Part shown: positions 38,225 through 50,855 of the stretch, one piece after another
How the letters are laid out: the number at the start of each line of letters is the position of its first letter
Position numbering within the stretch: the first letter of the stretch is position 1
From: Hydrolagus affinis
Lineage: Eukaryota
DNA: 64,000 bases
Direction of reading: 5' to 3'
Assembly: GCA_012026655.1 (NCBI GenBank)
Contig: JAAILG010001241.1
Coordinates: forward strand, 1-64,000
Position numbers and translations under genes: made by a program
Notes under the pieces: generated by a model
The model's input: the letters and a program-made list of their open reading frames with translations, nothing else
What the model was told of the DNA's origin: nothing
Database searches by the model: none

Positions 38225-39589
38225 GTTCGATTAAAACACATTTTTTAACTGTTTTGTACATGTGGGTTTTTTTTTGGAAAAAAATGTTCAATAAGAGCAA
38301 TATACCCTGACTTTCTTTTCCTGGATTAAAAGAAAATGAGTTTCAATGATTGTTAATTTTCCTTGACACCACATGTGAATGGGTTTCTTTGCAAGTTCCC
38401 TTTTGTCTATAATATGTGGATCGATATATTGAATTAAAACACTACAGTACAAAAACAGGCTATTCAGGCCAAATAATTTGATGGTATTTATATGCCACAT
38501 TAATGATGACTGGCGATGAAAAAAGACTATTTTTTAGCACAGTGAATATAGAGGCATACATTCACTTAGTAATCAGTCCATTGCAAGTGAATTCAAATTG
38601 AATTGTATGTTTTAACATGGTTTCTCTTTAAGGATCCCACTCAGATTGTGGATACATTATATCTTGCTGTCCTATTTTTGTGCGTGATGCTATTTTTCAC
38701 ACTTCCTTTATTCACATGACTATAAAAAGTGATGTGGTCGAGGTGTTGTTGTACCCAACTGTTCTCCAGACTTGCAGTTTAGTTGTTTAATGTAATTTTC
38801 TTTTGTGGGGTGGGGAGAATTAAGTAAAACACTCTCATCTGGAGTCTGACATTATTTCCACACAAATGCATTGCCGAATGGATTCTTAGCAGGAAACAGA
38901 CCGTGGGAAATCAACAGATACCTCACCATTTATACTTTGACCCTTGTGCTTCTGGTTCAGATATCTGGCTATTAAAATATAAAAGTCTCGCAGGATTCCT
39001 GGTATCCGCTGTCTGTCTTTCCCACAAAAATTCAATCCGTGGGGTCTGATGTCATATGAGCAGCCAAATACTGGGCAAAAAATGTGCAGACACAAATGTG
39101 CATTTGTATCTGCAAAAAATGTGCTGAGGTTTGAACTTTATTAGTCTTTCACAAACAAAAGCTTGGCTCAGGGGAAGAGTTTAAATCAATAAGATAAAAA
39201 CGAGACCCAAATCTCAAAGATAAATTCAACAAGTGTGCAAAGCATGTTTTCATACGATGTTAGTGTAAACCAAACCCAGTAGAAGTAAGTTTATTTTTCT
39301 CCCCTATTAATCAAAGACGAATAACTCACTTGTTATTGTTGGAATATTTTTTTTGCTATAAAATGTAATTCTATTTTGATTTTTTTTACGGCTTCACTTT
39401 TCAATGGTAATCAGGACAACTTCTTCTTTGTGAGGGATTTGGTGGGGGGAGAGGTTGATGAGCATTTGTTGCAATGAAGGACCTTGGCTCCAACATCAAA
39501 CTTGTGTTTCCTGCTCAGTGTTAGGAATTTGCAGGTATTGTATTACTGTTGAGGAGGAAGAGATCTCCAACAGCCATTGTTATGTTAAA

Positions 39590-39945
39590 ACTATCGCCGA
39601 ACGGATCGATTTCACAATCTCCACATTTGTTTTCAAATCCCTTCATGCCTTGGCACCTCCCTACCTCTCCGACCCGCTTACTCCCCAACCCTCTGCTTGA
39701 TTGGCTCCGCCCTCCTGCGTGCCCCCAGTCCCACCATCAGTGGCCGTGCTTTTAGCCACTGCGCCCTGGAAAACTCTTCCCCGATCACTCCTCCTTGTCC
39801 CTTCCTTCCCCACCTTCAGGTTGCACCTGAAGACTTTCCTCTTCAGCCGACCAAAGTTCATCTCCCCCAGCTCAGGGTCGTGTTCCACCACTGTCAAGCA
39901 CTCTAGGACACCACCCTGCATGAGGGGTGCTATATAAATGCAAGG
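39590..39945 (+). mobile_element. L2 LINE 3' end
   Basis: ERIDFTISTFVFKSLHALAPPYLSD; GRAFSHCA; FRLHLKTFLF; tail ggtgctatataaatgcaag. Confidence 0.85.
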
Positions 39946-40397
39946 TGCTGCGATGGTAGCATTTCACTTTGCAAACTTTGAAGGATAGAGGCTCTGGAAC
40001 CATAGTTCCTGTGTGTATCCAGTGAAAAAGACTGGACTACTTTGATTAGAAAGTGGAGGGAAGAAATAGATTTTTTTCTCAACAAACCTATCAAAATGTT
40101 GGAGATCTAAATGTCTCAGTAATGAGCTGTTACATTTAAGTTGCATTTAAATTTTGCGTTTAAATTGGAATGTAAAGTGGAGTCCTGTAACTCAGTGGTT
40201 AGAGCATTCACCTTACAAGCATGATACCTGTTTCAAATCCAGGCAGGGTGAAACCTTGGGCAAGTTTCCTTACTCCACACTCCTAATAATAATCTCTCAA
40301 AAAAAAATTGGTAATTTCAATCCATGACTGTTTCCACATTGCTGTGTGCAATTGGCTTCCGCATTTCAACCACAAATACAGTCAATTCACTTTACAG

Positions 40398-40865
40398 TAG
40401 GGTCTGGCGATATATCGCTAAAACCNNNNNNNNNNNNNNNNNNNNNNNNNNNNNNNNNNNNNNNNNNNNNNNNNNNNNNNNNNNNNNNNNNNNNNNNNNN
40501 NNNNNNNNNNNNNNNNNNNNNNNNNAAGGGGGGGCGGAGGAGAGAGGGATGGCAGTGGGGGGCTGGGGGAAGAGACTGGGTGGATGTGATAATATACAGA
40601 TAGAGATGGGGGAAATGTGAAGAGGAGAGAGAGATAGACACACAGACAGAAAAACACAGAGATGGAGAGAATGAGTGTGAGAGACAGAGAGAGAAAGATA
40701 TTTACCTCCTGAGGAGATAGACCCCGAATGCGCGCGCACCCTGAATGCGCGAGCTGTGCGCAAATGCGCAGTATGAAAAACCTCAAAATATCGATATTTC
40801 GGTATATCTCGATATGAGCCCATTGATATATCTAAATCGGAAAATTTCTATATCGACAGACCCTA
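40398..40865. mobile_element. hAT-like non-autonomous DNA transposon (spans the gap)
   Basis: 17-bp TIRs tagggtctggcgatata / tatatcgacagacccta (1 mismatch); near 8-bp TSD ctttacag / cttt-cag. Confidence 0.85.
40426..40525. other. Assembly gap (100 N)
   Basis: Run of exactly 100 N, probably a placeholder of unknown true size. Confidence 0.99.
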
Positions 40866-42783
40866 CTTTCAGTAATTCTTTGAAATGTTTAAAATAAACA
40901 CAAAATTGCTATATCAAACGCAAGGATTATGGATAATTAAATGGAGGCATTGGGAAGAATAGTGGCAATTTTGAGGAGTAAACTGGTCTTGCCTTGAGTG
41001 TCGGAATGTTGTATATATAGTTGTATATTGGAGGAAAGCAATGGTGTAGAACTGGCATGAGCAGAATATACTGTAAACTTCCCTCTGTGTTTGTACTTCT
41101 AGTTTCTGTCTATTTATGGATTGTTTTTCTGTTTGTGTTGTTTCACAATCATTTCTTCCCCTTCTTCACGAGTAGTGAAGGTTAAACATTTACAGATGGC
41201 TGTCAATGAAAGAGATTCTGTAAAGATGCAATATACTGAAGACTAAGCAGTGAAGCTAAATCAAATTCTAAGGCTCCCTCTGTAATGATTTTAAAAAATG
41301 AAAGCCATAAATCGCAGGGAACTAGAAAAACAAGTAATTTTTTGATAAACGATTGTTTAATGTTCTGTGTACAGCTTTTCTGTTTGTGCTTTCAACATAT
41401 CCAGTTTTAATATTTATGATTTTTTTTGTAAATCCTCAGAGTACTGATTGACCTCTTCCAGGTTTCAAAGTGCACATATTTTTTCTGGAATCATATATCT
41501 ATAGATTTTTCTCAAAAAATGACTTATTCAATAACTCCTGTTCCAAAAATGAAATAATAACTAACTGCTCTGCAAATCAGTGAAAAGTACCGAAAGTTTT
41601 TTTTAAATGATTAAAAAAAAATTAATTCAGCATTATTTACAGCCAGCTATTGAAGATGGCCACAGATATTTTCATTGGTAATGAAAGTAATAATGTCTAG
41701 TTGGAGATGGATCATTGGGAAAAATAGTTTTAACTTTGCTTCAATGTTATTTTAGACTATTCAGTATTCTAAATTTGCCATCTACAGATTTTTTTTAAAA
41801 ATGTTAGCAGGGTAATTCAGTATTTATTGTATTTACATTCAGTGTTAAGTAATACTGTATTCCCACAGTATTTGTTAGCATTCTTAGACGGAATATATAA
41901 GCGTATCAGCTTTTGAGCTGTTTTGAGTTTAAAAAAAATTTCAAAGAAAAATAGATATGAAAGTGACTTCTCTGCCTATTTTTGCCAAGTTCCACATTAC
42001 AAGCAGCTCGCGATTGCACTAATTAATTATGTCCCACTTCCACATTGATGTGTAATTTTGTGTACTTTTAAAATTTATTTAAAAACCTTGCACTCTGCAG
42101 AAACTGGCATTGTGCTTCACTTGTGTATCTCATCTATGCAAAAGTGATATACCAAATTAAAGCATTGCTACTTTGAGATAAGGTGTTACGTGGGGGGTGC
42201 ATTTTGCAACTCGTGATTGTTCTTGGTCATTAAAATTAATTTTTCTTAGGCAAAGTCCTGTTGCTCCCAAACTATAATTCAGTTGACAATGAATCCCAGC
42301 TAAAGCATTGCACTCCCCGCCCCACTCTCCCCTTCCCTTGCCACCCACATCACTATAATCATGCAACGTAAATGAGGGAAATTGTGATCTTCTATTTTTA
42401 ACAATGCACAGCTTATTTCCTTGGCATGTTCTGTCACTGTGATCTCTGCCGTGTTGATTTTTTTTCCTATGCTTTGAAATCTCTCGAGTTCAGTGGCTTT
42501 GGATTGGCTGACTTATGAGCACGCCTTGCATATTTCCCCAGCTGGCTCCAAATGATCCTGCTGATCATTGGTTACTTTGGCCGTGTGGTTTAAAACTATT
42601 TGAAAGTGGGTCAGCAGACTGCGGCCAGACTAGGGACAGGAGAAAAACACTTGCAGAGAAGGAAGCCTCTGTCTTGATTTGAAGCTTTAAGGATTCTTTA
42701 ACAAAGACCTCGTGTTGAACGGTGACCTCTAAAGATAGCTTGCTGTAAAGCATCGCCTTTCAAATCTGAAATATTCTTTTCAG

Positions 42784-42895
42784 GGCCGACAAAAACTTGC
42801 CAGATTTAATGCCCGTGAGTTTGCAACTTTGATTATCGACATACTTAGCGACGCTAAGAGAAGACAGCACGGAAAAACGCTGGGCAGTCCAATAG
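42784..42895 (+). CDS. git1: GIT1 coding exon 13 (SHD repeat 2)
   Basis: tttcag|GGC...ATAG|gtatgt; 112 nt; GRQKLARFNAREFATLIIDILSDAKRRQHGKTLGSPI. Confidence 0.97.
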
Positions 42896-43503
42896 GTATG
42901 TAACGCATAGAATTCATTGCTTTTGAAACTTTTAAGGGTTCGATTTTTGTGGAACCACACAGTTCACTTAGTTATTGAGGCGTCCGTACTTGCAATATTG
43001 GAACAAGAACATGGAATGTGGTTAATAGTGATGCTTTTCAATATTTTAATTTACCATCTCTTTTGTAATGGGGCCAGCATTTAACTGGCTTGAAATTGCC
43101 ATTCTTCTGCAATGCTATATATTTACAGGCTGGGTGGGGGAAGAGAAGAAATGTTGTTTTTCCATTACATTCCCAATTAGAGAGGACTCTTTAAGCATTT
43201 GTTTGTTTTTGTTTTTCACAGCTTTATAGCAATTTTTTAAATATAAAAATTGGATTTGTGGCTGTTTTTTTTTTTTGGGGAGGAGTTTTAAACAGTTAGA
43301 ACCTAGAATGAAAAAGTAGTTAATTCTTCAGTGTATCGTGGGCTGACTGGCAGTCAGATTTTCCCACTCACCGTGGGAACAATCTGTTCAACACCTCCGT
43401 GCAAGATGGAATATTCATGCGTGGTTTATGAGCTTAACCCCCTAAGAATTGCTTTATGCTGAAAAAAAATTGTTTGCACAAACTCCCGTTTGTTTCACTA
43501 CAG

Positions 43504-43658
43504 ATAACATTGACTACCTTCTACGGAACCAAAATGATGCTCGTAACGACAGTGATTTTGGCGACGACCAGCACGATTACGACAGTGTAGCTTCTGATGA
43601 GGACACCGACGCCGAGCTTCCCCGAAACGCAAACTCATCCCGGAATAACCGAGCTAAA
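43504..43658 (+). CDS. git1: GIT1 coding exon 14 (DYDSV motif)
   Basis: tacag|ATAAC...GCTAAA|gtgagg; 155 nt; DNIDYLLRNQNDARNDSDFGDDQHDYDSVASDEDTDAELPRNANSSRNNRAK. Confidence 0.95.
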
Positions 43659-43890
43659 GTGAGGGGATGAGAATTCACGCAAGCCATCCTCTTCATTGAG
43701 ATGCATTAATGTTGATCTTTGCATTGGTCACTTCGAGAAAATATTCCATGCATCTAGATCACGGCTTGCTTGTGACCAAATAATTGATATAATCTGATTT
43801 TCTTTCCGTCCCTCCCTCGGCACATATCCGGGGGTTTACATTCATTTTCTTTTTTCTGTTAAGTCTCTGAATCCTTTTACAAGGGAATTG

Positions 43891-44022
43891 GATTGACGTT
43901 TGATAAGAGGAATGTTAAAGGGTACGTAGAGCAAACATCAGATGTGGATTTGATCAGGTTCAGTTATAGATGTGATGGGCTGAAATGCATTTTTTTGTGT
44001 GTGATGTGCATTCTAAGATTCT
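43891..44022 (+). mobile_element. CR1 LINE 3' tail fragment, degenerate
   Basis: gttaaagggtacgtagag...gatgggctgaaatg...ttctaagattct. Confidence 0.5.
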
Positions 44023-44882
44023 CCGATTGTGGTTTCGCTGGTACCAGTTTCCTTTTCATGCTTGTGCCAAAATTATGACTGCCAACAAGCCTATTTGACT
44101 GTGGGACGAGTGGGCGGCCGGATTAGAAAAAGGAGACTTTCCATAAAGCTCGATCTTGCTCTCACCCACGCACAGGCATTGCTGGATCAGCAGTGGTGAA
44201 TCCGGCTGGTCTGTTGCCCTATACTAAAGTACAGCTAATAACGCCACCTAAACACCTCCCTTTAGCTCAATACTGATTTGTATGACCAGAGACGTTTCGC
44301 AACAGTTGTTCTTTTTCACTAAATGGAAACTGGATTTAAAAATGTAATCTTTTAGCAAAACCTTCAGGGTTTGAAATTGGTGCCAGATTTTTTTTAACAA
44401 AGAATTGCCTGCATTTTGCAGCATATTTTGCTGTGAGTCAAAAATCTTGTAAAACTAAAGGAAATGCCATTAAGCTTGAGAAAAGGCTGCAGTTTAGGTT
44501 TTAACCACACTAAAGAGTGTCATTTTTGTCAGCTGGTATCCAGCCATAATCTATAATAAGACATTAAATGCATGCAAACAATACTGCCTTTTCATTGCTC
44601 CTGTGATGAATTAGTTTGTGGGAATTTTGCAGATGCACTATTGTAACACTCATCTCCTGGGGCTTGTAAATGCCTCTCACCACATTCAAACTATGTCTGG
44701 ATTTACTTATCCTGTCAAAAAAAGTTCTTCATTGGTTAGTTACCAAGATACAATTGGAAATCCTTTGTGCTGTTTTTGAAAAACTTTCCTTTATTAAAGT
44801 AAAATGATTCTGCGAATCATTAACTGGAGTCAAGTAAATACAATGCGCATGTATTAATTGGAATTTTTGCTTTAATATCTAG

Positions 44883-45035
44883 AGTATGGATTCCTCTGAT
44901 CTGTCAGATGGCCCCATAACACTACAGGAATACCTGGAAGTGAAGAAAGCTCTAGCTGCATCAGAAGCCAAGGTTCAGCAACTAATGAAAGTAAATAACA
45001 ATCTGAGTGAAGAATTGCGCAGACTTCAAATACAG
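44883..45035 (+). CDS. git1: GIT1 coding exon 15 (coiled coil)
   Basis: tctag|AGT...ATACAG|gtgagt; 153 nt; SMDSSDLSDGPITLQEYLEVKKALAASEAKVQQLMKVNNNLSEELRRLQIQ. Confidence 0.97.
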
Positions 45036-48000
45036 GTGAGTAACTAAATACTGATTGTACTCTAACAAACAGAGTTGTCAGGTGGTGGTGGGGGGAAGAC
45101 AAGAGTCATTTCACACTTTCTATTGGGAAGTCTAAAAGGCAACCTCTTATATACGTTCAAAACTCATCGCGAACAGTTGGCAACTTTCAGTATCTTATTC
45201 CAGAAATTATGAAGTTTAAAGCATGCGTGTTTTATTGTGTTGAAGATCACCAAAGTTGCAAGATCAAATCTATACCAAATACCTGCTTCTAAACTTACTG
45301 AACAATTCAAAATACTGATTTGTCTTGAAGGATTAATGGAAGAAAACTGGCTATCATTCACAAAACATAACTTTGCCCTTACTGTTTACATTCCTGAATG
45401 TTGTGCTTGCCTAGAAGTAGGAGTTGATCAAAGAATGAAAGTTCAGCTATAGAATTAGTTGGGATAAACCTTTTCGTAGCTCACCTCTGCATGTTCACTG
45501 AAATGTTTCCATCAACTTCAACCAGTCATTGACGTCTGTGTATGGCCATTGAATGGAAAGTTGTTTTGAGCTTCTATGGATGGAGCCAGGTTTGGAATAT
45601 TGTGCACAGAATTGGGCTCCCTACTTTCCGAAGGAGAATGATTGCTTTGAAAGGGGTTAATATGCCTAGTTGATTCTAGGATTCATTTCTTTTTCAACCA
45701 AGCTGGCTAGCCATTCTCATTTGTCAGTCAATTCTTTAAAATTCTGAGAACCTTAAATGATGTGGACTTGAGACTATTTTGGCAGACTGGGGGAAATAGT
45801 TTTCAAAATGAGAGATTGAAATGAGAAAAGTATGTGTCAAGCCAGCTCTCAGCGATACTGTTCAAGACCATTTAACTTGTTAAACATAAATTGGGTTGAT
45901 GTGGTATTGGACTCAAGATATTGTGTGAAGAATCTGATGAGATTATTACTTGTGACTACTGCTTTGTCTGAAATAGAATGTTTTCAATATCTAGTCCATT
46001 GGTAATACCCCTACCCACTTCATCACAACGGTTGGACCCAAAACCTCCCCGATATAGTCGTTAAACTTGTCATTCTGCAAATCGTGGCATTTCAGCACTA
46101 AACTCAACTAAACACGCACATTCCTTTTTGCTTTACTGCTTCTTTATCTCCTCTGATTGCATGTGATTTTTTTTCAATCTCCATTTAGCTGGTTTTATGT
46201 GAGCTCCTTCGGGGCTAGAGATTGTGCGTGCTGCCAAACTCTGGATATCTTCCTGTTGACATCATTCACTCCATTTTGGTTCCATAATTTTTGACACCAT
46301 TTGATGTTGACAGGAAGTGGTTGATGCAAATCTGAAGCTGGTCCCTCTTGGCAATAAATCTGAACCTCTTCCAGTTATGGCAGTTCAGTTTACATTAAGC
46401 AATGGAAATTCGAAATCATAAACTTTTTTTTAAAAAAAAGTTTTGTAAAATTAAATGCAACAAACTTGCTCCTTTAATTATTGCAGATTATGGAATTCAT
46501 TTATGTGTAGCCTGCTATTTGCCAGAGCTATTTTAGTGATTTGGAAAAATGTGAACCCCTTTGATGGTGTTTTCCTTAGTTCAAAGATTTCTCTGGTCAG
46601 GGTCCCTCCAAAGTGCTATTGGGTTTATATTGCTTCCCCACAGGTAAAATTTAATGGGAGAGCAAGCATTGGCTTAAACATTGAAACTTCAAAGACAAAA
46701 GAGGGGGAAATGCTGCAGCCTAATAGTCATTAAAAAAAATCAACTTCATACTGTTGTGGTTCCTGGTTTTGTGTCTTGAGACATGGCCAACTTTCCAAAC
46801 TACCAGATGCATGCAACAAGGTTTTAGCAGTTTGCAGCAGGGCTGGTGAGTGTGTGAATATGTGACTCAATTAGAAAACTAGTGTTTGAAATGAGCAATC
46901 TGTTTGGTTGAGGAAAAACAAAATGATTTTTAAAAACATTATTTTAAGTTAAGCCTTCAGCTATATAACGTTTTTCATATCTTGGCATTTTTGCATAAGA
47001 TAAATTGCAATCTAGCTACTTAAAGCCTCTATTCTTAGCATTTAAGAAAGCCTTCTGTGAACTTCAGAGTTCAGTTATGCTTTCCCCCATCCTATGTCTA
47101 TATAGCCAACATAGTGAGGTGGATTAAATTGTGCCACTTTATACCTGTCGGCTTTGCTGCATTTGCTGTATACTTAAATTTCTTCAAACATGTGTCCTGT
47201 AGCCTGTAGCAGACAACACTAGAGACCTCTGTAATCTGCTTCCACAGCAATTTTCCAGCTAAAAATGGACATAAAGAGCAGTATTCTGCGTCACAGCACA
47301 TTATTTTATGTAACATCGGTTGCTCCCAGTCCGTAAACTTGAAATAACAATACTAGTTGATTATTGCTGATTTAATTTATTGGGCGGGTGTAGCAGTAAC
47401 TGAAGTCTGCTCAATATGAGAATGTTTGCAGCAATTGTGCACAGATAATATGCATCAGTTCAATTTATTCTTGATCGGCATATTTTGTCAGTATTTTTTT
47501 TGGAGCATCTTGAGTTTGTGGAAGAGGTTGGGAAATGCACTACCATTATCTAGTAGTTCACTAAGTGGCATATGCTATAACTTCAGCAACCTAGAATCTA
47601 CAATAGTCTTGTGTGTTAAAACATTTATTGGGGTTTGAAAAATGAATCTGGTTGCTATCTGCAGTCTTAACCCTAATAATGAGTGATTCACGTTTGAAGC
47701 AGTAAGCTATTATGTCTCAATTTTTGTCAGTTTATATCAGGAAGTACATATACAAGACTTTGCTTTCTAAAGTAACCTGGCATTGCACTATTATGTACAC
47801 TCATTATGTAAACCTTTGCTCTTGAGGTTGATGTGCTGCAAACCTGAAATAAAATCTGTTCACTCAAAGGATTAACGTTTGTAAAGGCTGCTGCCTCATG
47901 TTTGCCCAAGAATTCTATTTAAAAAAATTGGGCATCGTTTGGGAAGGGGAGAAGAGTATATCTAGTGGCATTTTCTCTTGATGACATCTTTACTTACTTA

Positions 48001-48595
48001 TTTCCTTTCAGCTCCTTTCCTCTTCATTGGGCACCATAGCTGGCTTGGCTTGTGACACTAGAAGCATGAAATAAACTTGATTTGCACTCTCTTCCTGCTG
48101 ATATTAACCACACTATTCATTTGCTCTAACTTTTGTACAAAAATTGATTAATATATAAATCCTGGGTATAGAAATGTTTCGGAGCCTTCCTCAAAGATTG
48201 GGAAAGATACCCACCCCACATCTGGCTACTTTTTTGCTCAGCAGCGAGTGGCCACAAAAATATGTCTCAGACAATATTGTTTCAATTTCCTTCCATTAGT
48301 GCTGATGACTAAGTGAGTCTCAATACCTCTTCTCACCTGGAGGCAGCAATGCCACCTTATTTATCTTGCAGTCAGCAAACCAAATGGAACAATAACAGCA
48401 CTATCCACCACACCATTGAGTTTATTATTTCTATGCAAGCAATGTTCCCAGCTTTCAGTGAGCAGCAATTGTGTCCTTTAATTATATCAAATACTTTTGT
48501 TCAGTGTGGGCCCCACTGTCTGTTTGACAGGACCCCGGTCATTCTTTATGTTAAATTGCTATTTTAAGGTGTTGCATTTTTCTTAAAACTTTCAG

Positions 48596-48814
48596 ATTAA
48601 CAAACTACAGACAGAAAATGCACAAATGAAACAGCAGACTCCTAGTTTGCATCCAACACCGGTTACTAGTGACCGCCAGGAACTTGCACCTCACGGGGGT
48701 GCGAGTAGACGTGACCGCCAGGCCTTTTCAATGTATGAGACTGGATCTGGGCAGAAGCCTTTTGGGCAAGCTACAGATGACATTGTCACAAGACTGCAGC
48801 CATTGGAGCCCAAT
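48596..48814 (+). CDS. git1: GIT1 coding exon 16
   Basis: ttcag|ATT...CCCAAT|gtaagt; 219 nt; INKLQTENAQMKQQTPSLHPTPVTSDRQELAPHGGASRRDRQAFSMYETGSGQKPFGQATDDIVTRLQPLEPN. Confidence 0.95.
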
Positions 48815-49150
48815 GTAAGTTGATCCTTTGGGGAATGGATTTTTTCATTTCAGGCTTGCAGCACATTGCCATTTAAGAGCACTGGTTTCCATGCATAAAA
48901 TTGCAATGTCGCATTTTTTTAAAAAAAGAATAATTCCTGCCATGCAGAAAATATGTATTTCTCTCCCCACCTGCCATACGTTTCATGTTTCCTATGTGAC
49001 AGCCTGTTGGGCTTCCCATTGGTAATGATTATTTATACTATTTGCAAAATCATAAGAAAATGGCAAATGAGAATGGAAAATTCAACTTGCGAAGCCCACT
49101 CCCTCGACAGACTACACAAATCTTCTCCTCCATCATGGATTCACTTATTT

Positions 49151-49220
49151 CAACAACAACAACAACAAATTACATTTATAGAGCGCCCTTCACGTCGGGA
49201 GGACGTCCCAAGGCGCTGCA
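49151..49220 (-). mobile_element. L2-type 3' tail fragment
   Basis: (caa)n attacatttatagagcgcccttcacgtcgggaggacgtcccaaggcgctg. Confidence 0.8.
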
Positions 49221-49348
49221 CAGGGGGAATGTGACCCGATATTTCAATATTAGAGGGGGAAAGCACTGCAGTCTCCCTGGACTTAAGTCAATCAAATTAT
49301 TATTTTTTGTGATCTTGATGTAAAACTATATTGTATAAATGCATTGTA

Positions 49349-49554
49349 CAGTAAAAGCCCATTTATCCAGCACCCTCGGGACCTGGCCAATGCCGGTTAA
49401 AGCACATGCCAGATATTCAGTCAAAAACACCAAAAAAAAGTAACGCATTTTTCTGGATAAATTCCGGTTAATCGAATTCTGACCTTTTTTTTTTGCAATG
49501 CCGGTTATACGGAAGTTACAGTTGATCGGGTGCCGGATAAACAGGCTTTTACTG
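49349..49554 (-). mobile_element. Tigger/pogo-like MITE (206 bp), inverted relative to the 8730 copy
   Basis: ta|cagtaaaagcccatttatccagcaccc...gggtgccggataaacaggcttttactg|ta. Confidence 0.92.
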
Positions 49555-49814
49555 TATTCTGAATTTCTATAAATCAGTACCAGCTTTATAGAAATGGCAT
49601 ATAGCATTGTTTTTTCTTCCACCTTTTTCAAAAATCAATCCAGCCACATGCAGATCACAAAGGGGTTCATTTAAATGCCTGAAATTTAGTACCAAGTGTG
49701 CACTGGAATTTCACAATGAAGTATAAAGTTGAATTACTTTTGCTTGCTTTCATTAAAAGGTTTTCGAGGGATTGAATTGGAATCCCTAAATCAATTTCCG
49801 TGCATCACATTCTT

Positions 49815-49875
49815 TGAGCCTTTGGATGTCCCCGAGGAGTGAAAGGCGCTATACAAATGCAATTTTGTTGTTGTA
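49815..49875 (+). mobile_element. L2-type 3' tail fragment
   Basis: gagcctttggatgtccccgaggagtgaaaggcgctatacaaatgcaattttgttgttg. Confidence 0.75.
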
Positions 49876-49963
49876 GTTGTTTATGAAACAAGAAAATCTG
49901 TTCTAAATGTTGAATAAAATAATTCTAAATTCCTGTCGAAAATAATCTAATCAAAATGGCATT

Positions 49964-49983
49964 ATGCTCCACCTAGTGGCTAG
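49964..49983 (-). promoter_or_regulatory. CTCF motif match
   Basis: Minus strand reads ctagCCACTAGGTGGAGCat; binding not shown. Confidence 0.5.
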
Positions 49984-50855
49984 AATAAGGTCTAGGCAAG
50001 CCTAACCCAATGTGTAAATGTGAAGTGGTTATTGCTCAAATGGTTTAAATGAAGAAGGCTCTTTGGAGCTGATTGACCTCATCCTTCTAGCATACTGACT
50101 GAACTGTCTCCCCAGCAAAGTATGGAGCTGTTCCTTAAATGGGTCAAGGCTAACCTGTGTTGTATGAATGTGTGTGTGGGAATCATTTTAATTATCGAAG
50201 TTGATAATGCTTCAGTGGAAGCTAATTTGGATTTGTTCCCATTTTTATTTCTTAAGGGTAGATGATAGTTTCAGCCAAATGTTCCAAACCTTTCAATATA
50301 ATGTAGAGCCAGTGAGTGGATTATCAAAATGCAGACCTCATATAGTTCTCCTTCAATATTTCAAAGTTGCTGTGAACACAGATGCAATTTTTACTTTTTT
50401 AAAAAAGTTTAGATGGACAATTTAATGTTGAATTTAATTGTAAAGTAATTTAGCAGAATACTGTGTATCTAGCATGAAATTAGTTGGGCGCATCAGGTTA
50501 GAGTCTGTCAAAACACTTTGTTCAGTGAATTGATTTGGGGGTAGAAAGATTAATTTTTATGTTAACATTGATCTGTATAATCCTTCATTGAGGATCTCTT
50601 CTGATGAATGTTGCTTTGCTTGTGCTATTTTGTTCAAATACTACAGTTTTGCACCTCACATCAATAGTATGCACTTTCTGCCAGTAGATCTTTACAAAAT
50701 GACTCTTGCCTGTGTTTGACTTCATGGTAGCATGGAATTGTTTAACCAATATTTATTTGATGCAAGTGTTGTATAACAAATCACATGCATGGTTTATCTG
50801 TGACAGTTTAATGTCTATGCATGCCATTGTTTACACTGTCCCTTCCATGTTGCAG

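Larger units (their letters stand above)
40177..40930 (+). mobile_element. SINE family A full copy split by a hAT-like insertion
   Basis: Head and body at 40177-40397; the tail resumes at 40866-40930 (gctatatcaaacgcaaggattat). Confidence 0.85.

Noticed and set aside
40324-40823. ORFs spanning 40426-40525
   Set aside because: Artefacts of reading through N bases.
50807-50855. AIVYTVPSMLQ upstream of exon 17 as a homologue of human DAIYSVHVPAGLYR
   Set aside because: The similarity is weak, the stretch is the polypyrimidine tract, and the nearest upstream AG (50806) is out of frame (49 nt).
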